The notes: generated by a model not told the origin, from the letters alone. A DNA stretch of 64,000 bases from Mytilus californianus (GCF_021869535.1 NW_026262669.1:7998001-8062000), one strand, 5' to 3'. Shown: positions 51,156 through 64,000, counted from the stretch's first letter. Made by a program: numbers and translations.

Positions 51156-52522
51156 TCCAGTTATTGATCAACGCAGCAAATATTGTGTGACTCTCTGTTC
51201 CCTTCTCCGGATTTTTGACATTCGTGACTTGAAAGAAGTCCAAAAGATATATTGAATGGACTTTTGAAGACCTCAATAATATCATAATTTTCTTTAATGT
51301 ATTGTTATGAGCATTTTTGTCTTTATGTATATATATATATATATAATATGTGAAGTTATAATTTGTTTAAAACACGTTTTAAAATTAAGCCTAATTTGTA
51401 ACAAATTAAATTATCGCATTGTCATTAACAATTGGGAAAACCTCAGAAGGCGTAAGACACGTGATCTATTGTCATTTTCCAAAATGAAGAAAGAAAGTTG
51501 ATTCATCATTATATAAATAAAAAGTATATAGTTTTGTATAACAACACAACTTGTATCATAACCAAAATAGAATAAATAGTTTATAGTAAAATGTTAATAA
51601 AATATTTAAAAAACATGAATAAAAGGTGATGTAGGGTAAAGGTCACTGGGACACGACCCAATTGACATGCGCATGCAAACAAAACCACCCATTCAGCAAC
51701 AAAGAGTCTCCAACAGACGACAGGTGTCTGTAAAGACATTACGTCCAACACTATATCGTAACGAGATAAAACAAATTGAATAATAAAGGTAAAAAATATA
51801 GAATACATTTCAATTGATTTTATTTTACACCAGGATAATTTTTAAAAACTATTAAAATGTTTACTCCAGTTCAAATTGTATCAAAGCTCTATTAGTTTTA
51901 AACGAACCACCTATCATAAACGTCCAAATACATATGAAATCTATAAATTTGATAGATTTTGGCAACTTTTGAGTATTCATTGAAAAATTGTACATGAAAG
52001 ACATCCTTTACCCAAACCAAAATCGTGTTGGAAGTGACATTACATAGTGACTTTTGAAAATTTATTTTGTTTGGAAACATTCTTCAATGCCATTTTGTTT
52101 TTGCAAAACATGTACAATTTGCAATTTTGACTTAATTACCAGCGATTGTTTCCATGTAGCCCTGAATTACATTTTAATTCGAGGAAGGAAATTTGTAAAA
52201 GTGACAATGGAAATTTGCTCTCTCTCTCTACCTTTTATATTATCACAATAATAAGATCAGTGTACCATTCAACATCTAATATCTGATATATTAGTGATAG
52301 AGAACATCTGCCTCCATTTCTTTCTTATTTAGGCACAACCGCCATATCTTCCGAATGACGTATCTGCTTTGCAAGACACGATGTTATCTCTCTTCACGGA
52401 TAATTGAACTATCATTTCATATTATCATTATTATTTAGATACGACAACTACATAGCAAATGAAATTATTTGGCTGAAAATCATTTTAAAACCTTTACGAA
52501 ATTAATTTTTGGATATTTTTTT

Positions 52523-52577
52523 ATGTTTGAAATAATGTTTCTATACAGACTGTTTTTATTGTGTCTGATATTTTCAG
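52523..52577 (+). CDS. Secreted antistasin-module protein, exon 1 (signal peptide)
   Basis: MFEIMFLYRLFLLCLIFS then G|gtaagt. It joins exon 2 to give ...IFS-V-CFS/ND, a hydrophobic signal peptide. Confidence 0.7.
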
Positions 52578-53641
52578 GTAAGTTTGTATACTAGTATATC
52601 ATTTATATAAACAGTAGGTTATTGCTTTCAATTTTCACGAAGAAAGGAAATTAATTGTGTTTTACTATCATTATGTATGAAAAAATGGGGGGAAAATATA
52701 CATTCATAAATCTGGCCAGTTTCTAGTAAACTTTCAACAATTTTTGTATGCCTGTATTTAAAAAGACAACGAAAGAAGCTTGGTAGAATTTATGGAATTT
52801 CTTTAAAAATATACGAAATAGAACTGCTCTTGAATCGCACTTTTTTGTAATTTGTGAATGAAGAATTTGATTATTTGGTGTTTCATTATCCTAAAAAAAC
52901 AAAAACAAAAACAGACACAGACAAAAATCCACTTTAAAAAAAATTTATAGATCCTGGGGTTGCTGCAATTTGTAACGCTTTCAAAGAAGTAAGGAATCTT
53001 GTCTGACGTTCAGTGTCTCAGAAAATAGACAAATTTATGGAAAAGGATAAAACAACCACCAAACATGGCAACTACTGAAATTTGTTAATGGTCGGAATAT
53101 TAATGTGTACCAAGTATTTCAATTTAAGCGGATTTCCATTTTAATGCTGAATTAAGAAAACAAAATATAGTAGTGTTACTATCCACGAAAGATCAAATTC
53201 AACGTTGTCTCATTGGCACTCATACCACATCTTTTTATTTATATATATTTCTATAATTTCACGAATGCCACTTAGTCTATTGATTTAGTTGTCCGTGAGG
53301 ACACATGTTTACTAATGGTCTTTCTTCTTTTGGACACGACGGTTTCTTTAGGAGACCTACACATTGATTGCCACATTACATCTTGATTTTTTGTCTTTCT
53401 TTTTTATTCGTAATACCGCTAAAATACAATTGACCCAATTCAACGTGTGTATAGATACATTTCATGCCGATAGGATTTGTGATAGAGGAGCCAATATAAC
53501 TTAAGACATACTGGTTAAAATAGGGCGATACAACACCAAGGTTCAATTATTCTTATATTAGGATATACTAGAAGAAATGTTTAGGAAGTTTTCATGATTT
53601 TTGTTAATGTCTATATTGCAGCTTATCTGTATTATTTTCAG

Positions 53642-54034
53642 TATGTTTTTCAAACGATACTTCAAAGAAACATAGGCCTGAGCGAGTAAGATCAAAAACA
53701 AGTAAAAGATTTAATATGCCAATGGGAATGCCTAGTGGACCTGGAGGAGGTCATGGAGGATCTAGTCCAATGGGAGGAGGACCCTTTCAACATGGTCAAA
53801 TGTCTAGTCCGGGAATGGGAAGTATGATGGGTGGTGGAGGTGGCAATCCAATGCATGGACCAATGACTGGAGGTGGACGTTCCAATAATCCAGCTATGAC
53901 AGGACCACATTCACCGGGTCACACATCAATGTTCAGTGGATCGAGTTTTGGTTGTATACGTCATCAAATTGTGTGTCCACGATGGTGCTTAATCATCGAT
54001 GAAATGGGATGTCACTCCTGTCCGTGTGGTCCTG
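53642..54034 (+). CDS. Exon 2: basic propeptide, Gly/Met/Pro-rich block, antistasin-like module 1
   Basis: ttttcag|TA...CCT G|gtatgg; 393 nt; ...SKTSKRFNMPMGMPSGPGGG...CIRHQIVCPRWCLIIDEMGCHSCPC. Confidence 0.85.
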
Positions 54035-54578
54035 GTATGGTATTAATATAAATTTTTTAGTGTGCACCAATTAACAAAAAACATTGATTTAACTCATGTT
54101 TACACTTCTTTATTATTTTATTCATGTTTAGTTTTATGATATTTTCAGAGGTCGATCAAAGTATCATCTGATAGCGAATTATAATGAAAAATACGTTTTC
54201 TCCCGAAAGTTGCGCATAATTGAAACGTTCGAAAATGTTATGGAATCTACCTTTACTTGAATAAAAAAAAATCTGAAAAAGTTTCATTTCCCTGTCATCA
54301 CACAATGTAGATATTTCTTAAAACTATTAGAAAAAGACTTACACTTTTTCTTCCACGAAATATATATATTCTTAATTCCGATTGCAAAACGGTAACACCT
54401 ACTTCATATAATTCAATCAGGAAAAAATATATAAATATTTCACTAAAAACTACATAATTTATGTTCCCTCTATGTCGTGATATGATGCAGATATGCTCCT
54501 CTTAAACGAAAATACACCCAAGAACTCTTATAAATTAATGACATTAATATGATTTTGCTATTTTAAAAAAAGCTGCAG

Positions 54579-54788
54579 GAATGGCGTTGCCACAAAACAA
54601 TCTGATGTCATCTATAATGTCGACAACAACAGGAAACTATCATACAGGAAGTTCAACAACCGGAAACGGAAGTGGAGAAAAGCAATGCCTAGGACAACTG
54701 TTATGTATGTCATCATGTAAAAATTCCTACACTTTAGGGCCTGTTGGACACGATGGCTGCCGTTCTTGTACATGTGAATCAGGATCAG
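54579..54788 (+). CDS. Exon 3: Thr/Ser/Gly linker and antistasin-like module 2
   Basis: ctgcag|GA...TCA G|gtaaag; 210 nt; CLGQLLCMSSCKNSYTLGPVGHDGCRSCTC. Confidence 0.85.
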
Positions 54789-55283
54789 GTAAAGAAAGTA
54801 TTGTGTATCATTTTTGTCAACTCCTATCACTTGAAAGTGTTATACACCACATATTTGACTCTTGAAAACAATACATTAAGAAAGCAATTCATTTTTGTCA
54901 AGTATAGAACCTAGTGGAGAGAAAAATATATACTTATATAAGCTTGCCCTGTTGTATAACTTTCAGTATAGAATATAGTTTCATGTAAAGATATGTTACC
55001 AATTTCAGACAGTATTTCTAATAACTTTAAAAAAAGGACCATTGTAAATAGTTAGTTATTCATTTATTTACTTAACCTTATTTTTATTTTATAAATCATG
55101 TATTGAATAAGCTTTCACCTTGTATTTATACTTGGAATAATATATTTTAAAGACCAATACTGTATTAAGATAACGTTTTTAAAACCATTTCAAAACATTT
55201 TTATTTTGTTGTCTATTTGTGGTTAAAACATTTTGTTTGCATGTTATTTCATAACCAACAATTCCCTTTTCTTCACATTTAAG

Positions 55284-55598
55284 GATACGGATATGGTAGT
55301 GGTTCTTCCGGCGGATATACAGGAGGTGGAAGTTCCGGTGGTGGCTCAAGTGTTTCAGGAGGAGGTTATACAGGATTCGGAGGAGGATATACTGGTGGGG
55401 TTACAGGTGGTTCTACGTCAACTCACACGAGTCATCAGGTCTCAACAAACCAGGTAAAATATGTAGTACAGCAAAAGAAGGAATGTACTGCACTGAAATT
55501 ATGCATGCAATCATGTGACACCGGGTACCAGTTGGGTGCAGTTCAAACTGATGGATGCCATAAATGTTTTTGTCCTCCAAAGAAGACGTATGTCTATG
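55284..55598 (+). CDS. Exon 4: Gly/Tyr/Ser-rich block and antistasin-like module 3 (not in the ORF track)
   Basis: atttaag|GA TAC...TAT G|gtaagt; 315 nt; GYGYGSGSSGGYTGGG...CTALKLCMQSCDTGYQLGAVQTDGCHKCFC. Confidence 0.85.
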
Positions 55599-56470
55599 GT
55601 AAGTTTTAATTCTTTGTTACATATTATACAGCTTTGGTTTTCCTGTTTGAGTGGTTTTACACTAGTCATTTTTGGGGCCCTTTATAGCTTGCTGTTCGGT
55701 GTGAGCCAAAGGCTCCGTGTTGAAGGTCGTACTTTGACCTACATGTATAATTGTTTACTTTTTACAGATTGTGACTTGGATGGAGAGTTGTCTCATTGGC
55801 TCTCATACCACATCTTCTTATTTCTATTAATTTTATAAAAAAAAAACAAAAAAAAAACAAACAAACCGAAGCGTAACATGATAAAATATTAAACGCGATG
55901 ATGGATACATTGTATTCGTCTTGCTACCCAGTTTTTAAATGAACTCTATATAAAAAATAAGAAGATGGGGTATGATTGCCAATGAAAAAACTCTCAACCA
56001 GAGACCACATGACATAGAAGTTAACAACTGTAGGTCACCGATGAACAAAACCCATACAGCATAGCTAGAAAGCTTTAAAAGGTCTCAAAACAACAAATGT
56101 AAAAAAAAAATAAAACGAGAAACTAACGGTTATTTTTGATGAAATTACATTGGTTCAACACTTTACCATCAGTGCAAGTCATGTGTCATTATTGAATTGT
56201 TGCAGTCTATCAGTGCGAGTCAGGTGTCATAACCTCTTTTTACAGTCTGCTAGTGCATAACATGTTTAAGAACCTTGCACTGATTTTGTTTCAATATGTC
56301 GGGACATGTCATGTGTACAAACATTGATTTCAGTGGCTTATGAGTTTAACGTATAAGCTCGTTTGAGGTGAATTTCACGTGAACAAAAAAAATAGTATCT
56401 GTCATGTATTTAATTAAATTTGAAAATTTGAATGTTCATTCTTAAAATAATTGCCTTTTTACACTTTCAG

Positions 56471-56659
56471 TTCAGCCACAAGTACAAGTTGTCCAACCTC
56501 CAAAGAAACAGTATGTTTATACAACTCAAGTACAAACCTATAAACCAGTCGCCAACACATTCACGTGTACCAGTTCATTCAGTTGTCAATACGGATGTAA
56601 TGTTGGATACAAGTGTGGAACCGATGGTTGTCCAATCTGTGAATGTATTCATCCGCAAG
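56471..56659 (+). CDS. Exon 5: Gln/Pro/Val linker and antistasin-like module 4
   Basis: ctttcag|TT CAG...CAA G|gtagta; 189 nt; CTSSFSCQYGCNVGYKCGTDGCPICEC. Confidence 0.85.
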
Positions 56660-57166
56660 GTAGTAATTAGAAAGCGAACAAATGTTTCCGCAATGAAGTA
56701 TATACATAAAAAGTTGCATGAACATATATAGTAGACACCGTTGATATTATATTGTTCCATCCTTAGCATGATCATAATTAGAAATTTCCTATTACATTTC
56801 ATGTTTTATTTTGTGTAAATCAGAGTTGTAAAGAATAAAAATTTGCCGTGTACTTGCAAGAACAGTTTACGGTTTCACTTCACTTTTTCAGTCTAGATTC
56901 TGAATTAGACATGCAATTGTAGTATGACTTTTCAATTTTTTTTTTATCTCTTATGTCAAAAACAAATGAGGACAACTGTGAACATTTAAGAATGCAGCTA
57001 TTAAATTTAATAAATCAAATTTCTCTTTTATTTTGTTAAACCTTTGCGTATTGTTTATGAACATCAAATATTCATAAAAAGGTCAAGGTTAAGATTAAAA
57101 GACATAACTTTGTTCTTCTATCACTTACTACTTCTACCGAAACATACATCATTATCAGTTTATCAG

Positions 57167-57328
57167 TTGTAGGACTCCAAGTAACAGAAGTAATTAGACC
57201 TCAAGCAGTACAGTGTACTAGTTCCTTCTCCTGCCCTAGAAGTTGTCAACTGGGATATAAATGTGGTACAGACGGGTGTCCTACCTGTGAATGTCTTATT
57301 GCTGTTCAGACCCAGTTGGTTAACACAG
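57167..57328 (+). CDS. Exon 6: antistasin-like module 5 (paralogous to exon 5)
   Basis: ttatcag|TT GTA...ACA G|gtaaca; 162 nt, with an alternative in-frame acceptor 6 nt downstream; CTSSFSCPRSCQLGYKCGTDGCPTCEC. Confidence 0.8.
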
Positions 57329-57825
57329 GTAACACATTGTACATTTACAGTTAATTGTCGTATTGCTGTGCAGTTGTGTCCAGACTCAGGTTGTTAACAC
57401 AGGTAGAATGTTTAAATATAACTGCGAACGATTTATTGCTGTCAGGATTCATGTTGCAAACATAGATACATACTAGTATTTTATTAATTAAAAATCGCTA
57501 CAATTATAGAAATGAGATGCTAAACCGAAATTAAACTTGTTTTCTCTGCCTCTAGAATCCAAAATTATGATGAAAAGTCACGTATCATGGAATTGACATT
57601 GCATGAATTATCACTTGTTATAATGGTTATTTGGTAGATAAAGACAATAGGAAGTGTTCTTACTGCAGTATAAAAGACATTCTAAATGTATCGTATAACT
57701 GTACAATCCCCTATAAATACAAATTGTGAATCAGGTTACTAATAGTGAATCAGGTTACTAATAGTGAATCAGGTTACTAATAGTGAATCAGGTTACTGCA
57801 AAGCCTTATTGCTTTTCATACTCAG

Positions 57826-60016
57826 TTTTGCAGAATATGTAAGCTTCGTCGTATCATTGGGCAATACAGATATCAAATATCTCGCATGTATACACGTAGT
57901 CATCATTAGTTACTAGTATTTATGTCAGAATATGTAAGCTTCGTCGTATCATTGGGCAATACAGATATCAAATATCTCGCATGTATACACGTAGTCATCA
58001 TTAGTTACTAGTATTTATGTCAGAATATGTAAGCTTCGTCGTATCATTGGGCAATACAGATATCAAATATCTCGCATGTATACACGTAGTCATCATTAGT
58101 TCCTAGTATTTATGTCAGAATATGTAAGCTTCGTCGTATCATTGGGCAATACAGATATCAAATATCTCGTATGTATACACGTAGTCATCATTAGTTACTA
58201 GTATTTATGTCAGAATATGTAAGCTTCGTCGTATCATTGGGCTATACAGATATCAAATATCTCGTATATATACACGTAGTCATCATTAGTTACTAGTATT
58301 TATGTCAGAATATGTAAGCTTCGTCGTATCATTGGGCAATACAGATATCAAATATCTCGCATGTATACACGTAGTCATCATTAGTTACTAGTATTTATGT
58401 CAGAATATGTAAGCTTCGTCGTATCATTGGGCAATACAGATATCAAATATCTCGCATGTATACACGTAGTCATCATTAGTTACTAGTATTTATATCAGAA
58501 TATGTAAGCTTCGTCGTATCATTGGGCAATACAGATATCAAATATCTCGCATGTATACACGTAGTCATCATTAGTTACTAGTATTTATGTCAGAATATGT
58601 AAGCTTCGTCGTATCATTGGGCAATACCGATATCAAATATCTCGCATGTATACACGTAGTCATCATTAGTTACTAGTATTTATGTCAGAATATGTAAGCT
58701 TCGTCGTATCATTGGGTAATACAGATATCTAATATCTCGCATGTATGCACGTAGTCATCATTAGTTACTAGTATTTATGTCAGAATATGTAAGCTTCGTC
58801 GTATGATTGGGCAATACAGATATCAAATATCTCGTATGTATACACGTAGTCATCATTAGTCACTAGTATTTATGTCAGAATATGTAAGCTTCGTCGTATC
58901 ATTGGGCAATACAGATATCAAATATCTCGTATGTATACACGTAGTCATCATTAGTTACTAGTATTTATGTCAGAATATGTAAGCTTCGTCGTATCATTGG
59001 GCAATACAGATATCAAATATCTCGCATGTATACACGTAGTCATCATTAGTTACTAGTATTTATGTCAGAATATGTAAGCTTCGTCGTATCATTGGGCAAT
59101 ACAGATATCAAATATCTCGTATGTATACACGTAGTCATCATTAGTTACTAGTATTTATGTCAGAATATGTAAGCTTCGTCGTATCATTGGGCAATACAGA
59201 TATCAAATATCTCGCATGTATACACGTAGTCATCATTAGTTACTAGTATTTATGCCAGAATATGTAAGCTTCGTCGTATCATTGGGCAATACAGATATCA
59301 AATATCTCGCATGTATACACGTAGTCATCATTAGTTACTAGTATTTATGTCAGAATATGTAAGCTTCGTCGTATCATTGGGCAATACAGATATCAAATAT
59401 CTTGCATGTATACACGTAGTCATCATTAGTTACTAGTATTTATGTCAGAATATGTAAGCTTCGTCGTATCATTGGGCAATACAGATATCAAATATCTCGC
59501 ATGTATACACGTAGTCATCATTAGATACTAGTATTTATATCAGAATATGTAAGCTTCGTCGTATCATTGGGCAATACAGATATCAAATATCTCGCATGTA
59601 TACACGTAGTCATCATTAGTTACTAGTATTTATGTCAGAATATGTAAGCTTCGTCGTATCTTTGGGCAACACAGATATCAAATATCTCGCATGTATACAC
59701 GTAGTCATCATTAGTTACTAGTATTTATATCAGAATATGTAAGCTTCGTCGTATCATTGGGCAATACAGATATCAAATATCTCGCATGTATACACGTAGT
59801 CATCATTAGTTACTAGTATTTATATCAGAATATGTATGCTTCGTCGTATCATTGGGCAATACAGATATCAAATATCTCGCATGTATACACGTAGTCATCA
59901 TTAGTTACTAGTATTTATATCAGAATATGTATGCTTCGTCGTATCATTGGGCAATTCAGATATCAAATATCTCGCATGTATACACGTAGTCATCATTAGT
60001 TACTAGTATTTATGTT
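57826..60016. repeat. 95-bp tandem repeat, about 23 copies, intronic
   Basis: Unit gtatttatgtcagaatatgtaagcttcgtcgtatcattgggcaatacagatatcaaatatctcgcatgtatacacgtagtcatcattagttacta. Identical register at 58201 and 59341 equals 12 x 95. Confidence 0.97.
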
Positions 60017-60038
60017 AGATACATCTTGTATTTTCTAG

Positions 60039-60569
60039 ATTGCGTTGACTGTGATGATATAGACAGATATAAGCAGCACTATGTCAAACCACAGAAACAA
60101 TACGTTGTTGTTCAACCTCATACAGAATGCACTGATTGTGGTACCCAAATTGTGTATCAGAAACCTCAACAACAAGTCGTTTACGTTCAGAAACCACAAC
60201 TACAAACAGAATGTACTGATTGTGGTACCCAAGTTGTATATCAGAAACCAAAGCCACAAGTCGTGTACATACAGAAACCACAACCACAAACAGAATGTAC
60301 TGATTGTGGTACCCAAGTTGTATATCAGAAACCAAAGCCACAAGTCGTGTACATACAGAAACCACAACCACAAAAAGTGGTGTATGTTACACAGACTCAG
60401 ACAGAAACATGCCACGGATGTGAGACAAAACCACAAATTGTGTACACCAGACCAAAGCCACAACAACAAATCGTTTACATTACTAAACCAAAGCCACAGC
60501 CACAGAAAGTCTACGTTTCACAGACACAAACTTGTAATAATTGTGGAGAAAAGCAACCACAAAAGAGTT
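60039..60569 (+). CDS. Exon 7: CxxC and (V/I)VYQKPQ repeat region
   Basis: tttctag|AT TGC...AGT T|gtaagt; 531 nt; TECTDCGTQxVYQKP repeated three times; six CxxC motifs in total. Confidence 0.85.
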
Positions 60570-61136
60570 GTAAGTTTTATTTCAATGTACTCCTGAGAGT
60601 AAAAAGAGGAGAACAATAGCAACGTGGCAATCGACGTTATTTATGACAAATATTTGTTTGATAGGAATTGGACCAGTTAACACATCAATTAACGTTAACA
60701 AAACTTCCAACAACTGTCGACTGTAAATACTATATACATATACTGTATATGAAAAGTGAATCCAAGTCGTGTTGTTTTATATTGGTTACGAATGTAATCC
60801 AGTGAAAACAATAAATCAAGAAGTAACATTTATCAGAATCGAAAGCGCTATTTACCAATGTGAATTATTGAAAAATTATCATTATATATAAGCGAGCCAA
60901 TACATTTTTATGAATCAGTCCATTCGGTATAACATTAAGGTGTACTTTAGTATTTAAAATTGAGAATGGAAATGGGGAATGTGTCAAAGAGACAACAACC
61001 CGACCACAGAACAGACAACAGCAGAAGGCCACCAACAGGTGTATATTCATGTGCTTAAAATTCAGTAATTTTATATTGTTAACGTTGATAGATTTTTTCC
61101 CTTGTCTTTTATTGTCAAATACTATATTTTTTTCAG

Positions 61137-61352
61137 TAATCGTCGGTCATCTCGTATCAAGTGGCGGAACAACTGGAGGAGGAGCTTATATCAGTGGTGG
61201 CGGCGGTTCATATTCTGGTGGCGGTGGATCATATTCTGGTGGTGGCGGATCATATTCTGGAGGAGGCGGATCCCACACGGGAAGTGGTGGATCATTCTCC
61301 GGCGGAGGTGCAGCGATGATGGGTGGTGGATCCACGGGAGGAATGACTATAG
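61137..61352 (+). CDS. Exon 8: Gly/Ser-rich (GGGGSYS)n block
   Basis: tttttcag|TA ATC...ATA G|gtactc; 216 nt. The donor is weaker, and reading through it would stop at 61369. Confidence 0.75.
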
Positions 61353-63052
61353 GTACTCTATCACTGTGACAATACGATAGTTCTAGGAATTTGTAGGGAC
61401 GGTAATATATGTGTATAACATGTTCACTTTGAGAAACTAAGGTTTCAACTCCCTCAGGCAAAGTTGACCTTAGATGGATTTGGCTATTTGTTTTAGGTAT
61501 TTTTGTCATATTGCTCTTCAATTGTTTCGGTACTTATACATCCCTCGGATTACAAATGTTTGGCTTTGGGCGTTCCTGATGAAGGTAAATCCAGAAAAGC
61601 GCTTCGGACGCATGAAATTATTAAACGTGTTGTTTTCAATTCTTTAAGACACAAGATCTAACAAAAATACAACAAAACATAAGACATATGGTATATAACA
61701 CGTGCGAAATTAAAAAAAAGATTTGACATGGGGCGGTTTATCAAAACAATAATCTACCAGGTTAAACCAGTCATTTTCGTTTTAAAACATGCCAGTACCA
61801 AGTCAGGAATATGACAGTCGTTTTACATTCGTTTCGTTGGTTTATATAGCATAACGTTTGATTTTCTCATTTTTTATGGACTTCCCTCCTTTTGAGTTGA
61901 CCTTTGAGTTTGGTATTTTTGTTTATTAATTTCTACGAGAAACTTGAAAATGTAAGAGTAACATTAAGTACATTTTCAACATGGCATTACCAGTGTATAA
62001 ACCTTATTAATTACACAACTGGTGAATTCATTATCCAATCACTGTTTCTCGGCAAACATGTACTATAGCTGACTATGCGGTATGGGTATACTCATTGTTG
62101 AAGGCCGTACGGTGACCTATATTCGTTAATTTCTGTGTCATTTGGTCTTTTGAGGAGAATTGTCTCATTGGCGATCATACTTCATCTTCTTATTTTTATA
62201 AGCTATCACAACGAAAATAGTTACACAAATAGCTAATAAGAAAATAACGCAATCAAATTAGATACACTGCATAACTAATTCTTTCATCAGCATATCTGGA
62301 GACACGCACTCAGTCTCACTGCTTTATGAGTTCATACGATTCTCTCAGTTTTGGTTTGCCTTCCTAATCAGTTTATAGGATTTGAACATCGATTAACTTC
62401 TATTACTTTAATCAAGAACAGTTACCCGGATGCCTTTAGATCAGTTCCTTACAGAAGCTGTTCTACCCTGAAACAATTTAGGACAATTCTAGCCTTAAAC
62501 AGAATCTGACCGTCTAAGAGTTCTATCATGAAACGGATTTGGACAGTTTTATCATAGAGCATATTTAGTCAGTTTTATTTCTCAAACAGTTCAAATTCAA
62601 CTATAAAAGCAAACTTAACTATGAATAAACTCATCATAGATAATAGAATTAAAATTTTGCACGACGGACGCGCGTTTCGCCTACATAAGACTCATCAGTG
62701 ACGCTCGAATCAAAAAAGTTAATCAGGCCATATGAAGTACGAACTTGAAGAGCATTGAGGACCCAACATTCTGAAAGGTTTTGACAAATACATGGTAAAA
62801 AGTATAAAAAAATACCAAACTCCAATGTGAATTCAAAAAGGGGATGTCCTTAAAAACAGACAAAATCAAATGTTATCAACCAACGGAACAAATGGAAACA
62901 GCTGTCATATTCTTGACTTGGTACATACATTTTTGGAAGTAATCCATTCCTGGGGCAGAAAATCCTTGATATTGGAACACGCTGTAAAATACACTCCTAC
63001 TTACATGTTAATTATTATTCGTAATAAAAAGAGTTAAATGTTAAATTTTCAG

Positions 63053-63139
63053 CCAACTGTCCACCAATGCCACACGACTGTGAACCATCGTGTATAAAAT
63101 ATGACGAACCACACTGTCGGAGATGCGAATGCGAACAAC
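63053..63139 (+). CDS. Exon 9: antistasin-like module 6 (not in the ORF track); the gene continues past this point
   Basis: ttttcag|CC AAC...CAA C|gtaagt; 87 nt, phase 1-1; ANCPPMPHDCEPSCIKYDEPHCRRCECEQ. Confidence 0.8.
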
Positions 63140-64000
63140 GTAAGTTATTGTTAATATGGGAAGCACTTGAATGACAAAAAATCCTGTTAATGGTTTTGAT
63201 CGCTAAGCATTGGTATTCAGAAGAAGTCAAATGTGTATAATTACGCAAAAAAATATATGATTACACAGTATTACATATATATATTTGCGCATTTGAAACA
63301 AGTTCCGAACGATTTTATATTTATTTCTATAGACCACACGTTGATTACAATTTCGCGTCTGATTTCTAACTAAATATATTTGAAGTATTTATCTTAGATG
63401 TTTTTATTGAAACATGAATATAACATTATGCCTTAGTAGTTGTGATATTTTTGAACTTTCGGTAGTCAAATTTTCAAGTCTTGTATTTTAGATTTTGAAA
63501 TTTAACTATCTGGAATAAATATAAATATCGTTATCAAAAATATGTTGTTATATCTATTTGTATTTTATTTTCGGTAAACAAAATATTACATCATCGATGA
63601 CAAAATGTCAAGTCAAATACACAGTCACCATTGTGTGCATACATTTCTTAAAGCATTGACGTCAAAAATGAGAAAGGTTAACAAAAAATTGCATGATCCT
63701 AACTTCTGCGAAATAAAATTATCAATCATAAGACAGAATACATTTTTACTTATTAACATTACTAAAGGAACTTGCAAATTCATGTATGTATCCACACCTA
63801 GAATTTAAATAGAAGACACGTTTATATATTTTATCAAATTTACTTTCATATTGTACAATGTGTTCTTGTTATTTAGTTTAACAAAGTGTTTAAAGCTGAG
63901 TTCAAATCTATCACATTTTCATAACAAAACAAACACAACGTTTCTTATTCTAAAGTTAATCTTATAGCACGTTTTGATTTCAAATTTGTAAAACATATTG

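Noticed and set aside
36266-60016. Regular arrays as possible CRISPR
   Set aside because: The units are contiguous with no unique spacers, there are no cas genes, and the context is eukaryotic.
60081-60596. Alternative-frame and antisense ORFs overlapping exon 7, and similarly those overlapping the CARD exons
   Set aside because: Shadow ORFs of repetitive coding sequence; splice phase supports only the called frames.

Overview
AT-rich eukaryotic genomic DNA with spliceosomal introns, most likely a bivalve mollusc. The dense interspersed repeats look Mytilus-like, but that is recognition from memory, not a database search. Main content: (1) three divergent, tandem minus-strand paralogs encoding an N-terminal CARD followed by an interrupted coiled coil and a basic tail (9886-13589, 33279-41380, 46080-51155; about 355-372 aa), joined by short or micro-exons, with two introns present in only one paralog. 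(2) A plus-strand gene of at least 9 exons (52523 to beyond 63139) encoding a secreted modular protein of at least 719 aa, with six antistasin-like Cys modules, Gly/Met- and Gly/Ser/Tyr-rich blocks and a CxxC/Gln-Pro-Val-Tyr repeat; all its introns are phase 1. (3) An isolated Sushi/CCP exon (2820-3020, minus strand) with a probable GC donor. (4) Many mobile elements: a foldback-like TIR element, a non-autonomous CACTA element with a nested Helentron-type element carrying higher-order repeats, a dead Tc1 element inside a 4.23-kb near-identical tandem duplication, MITEs and SINE-like repeats. (5) Several minisatellites, two of which are amplified exon-end plus splice-donor units of the CARD genes. 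No rRNA, tRNA or CRISPR array was seen. All gene models were derived by hand from splice signals and reading phase and need transcript confirmation.
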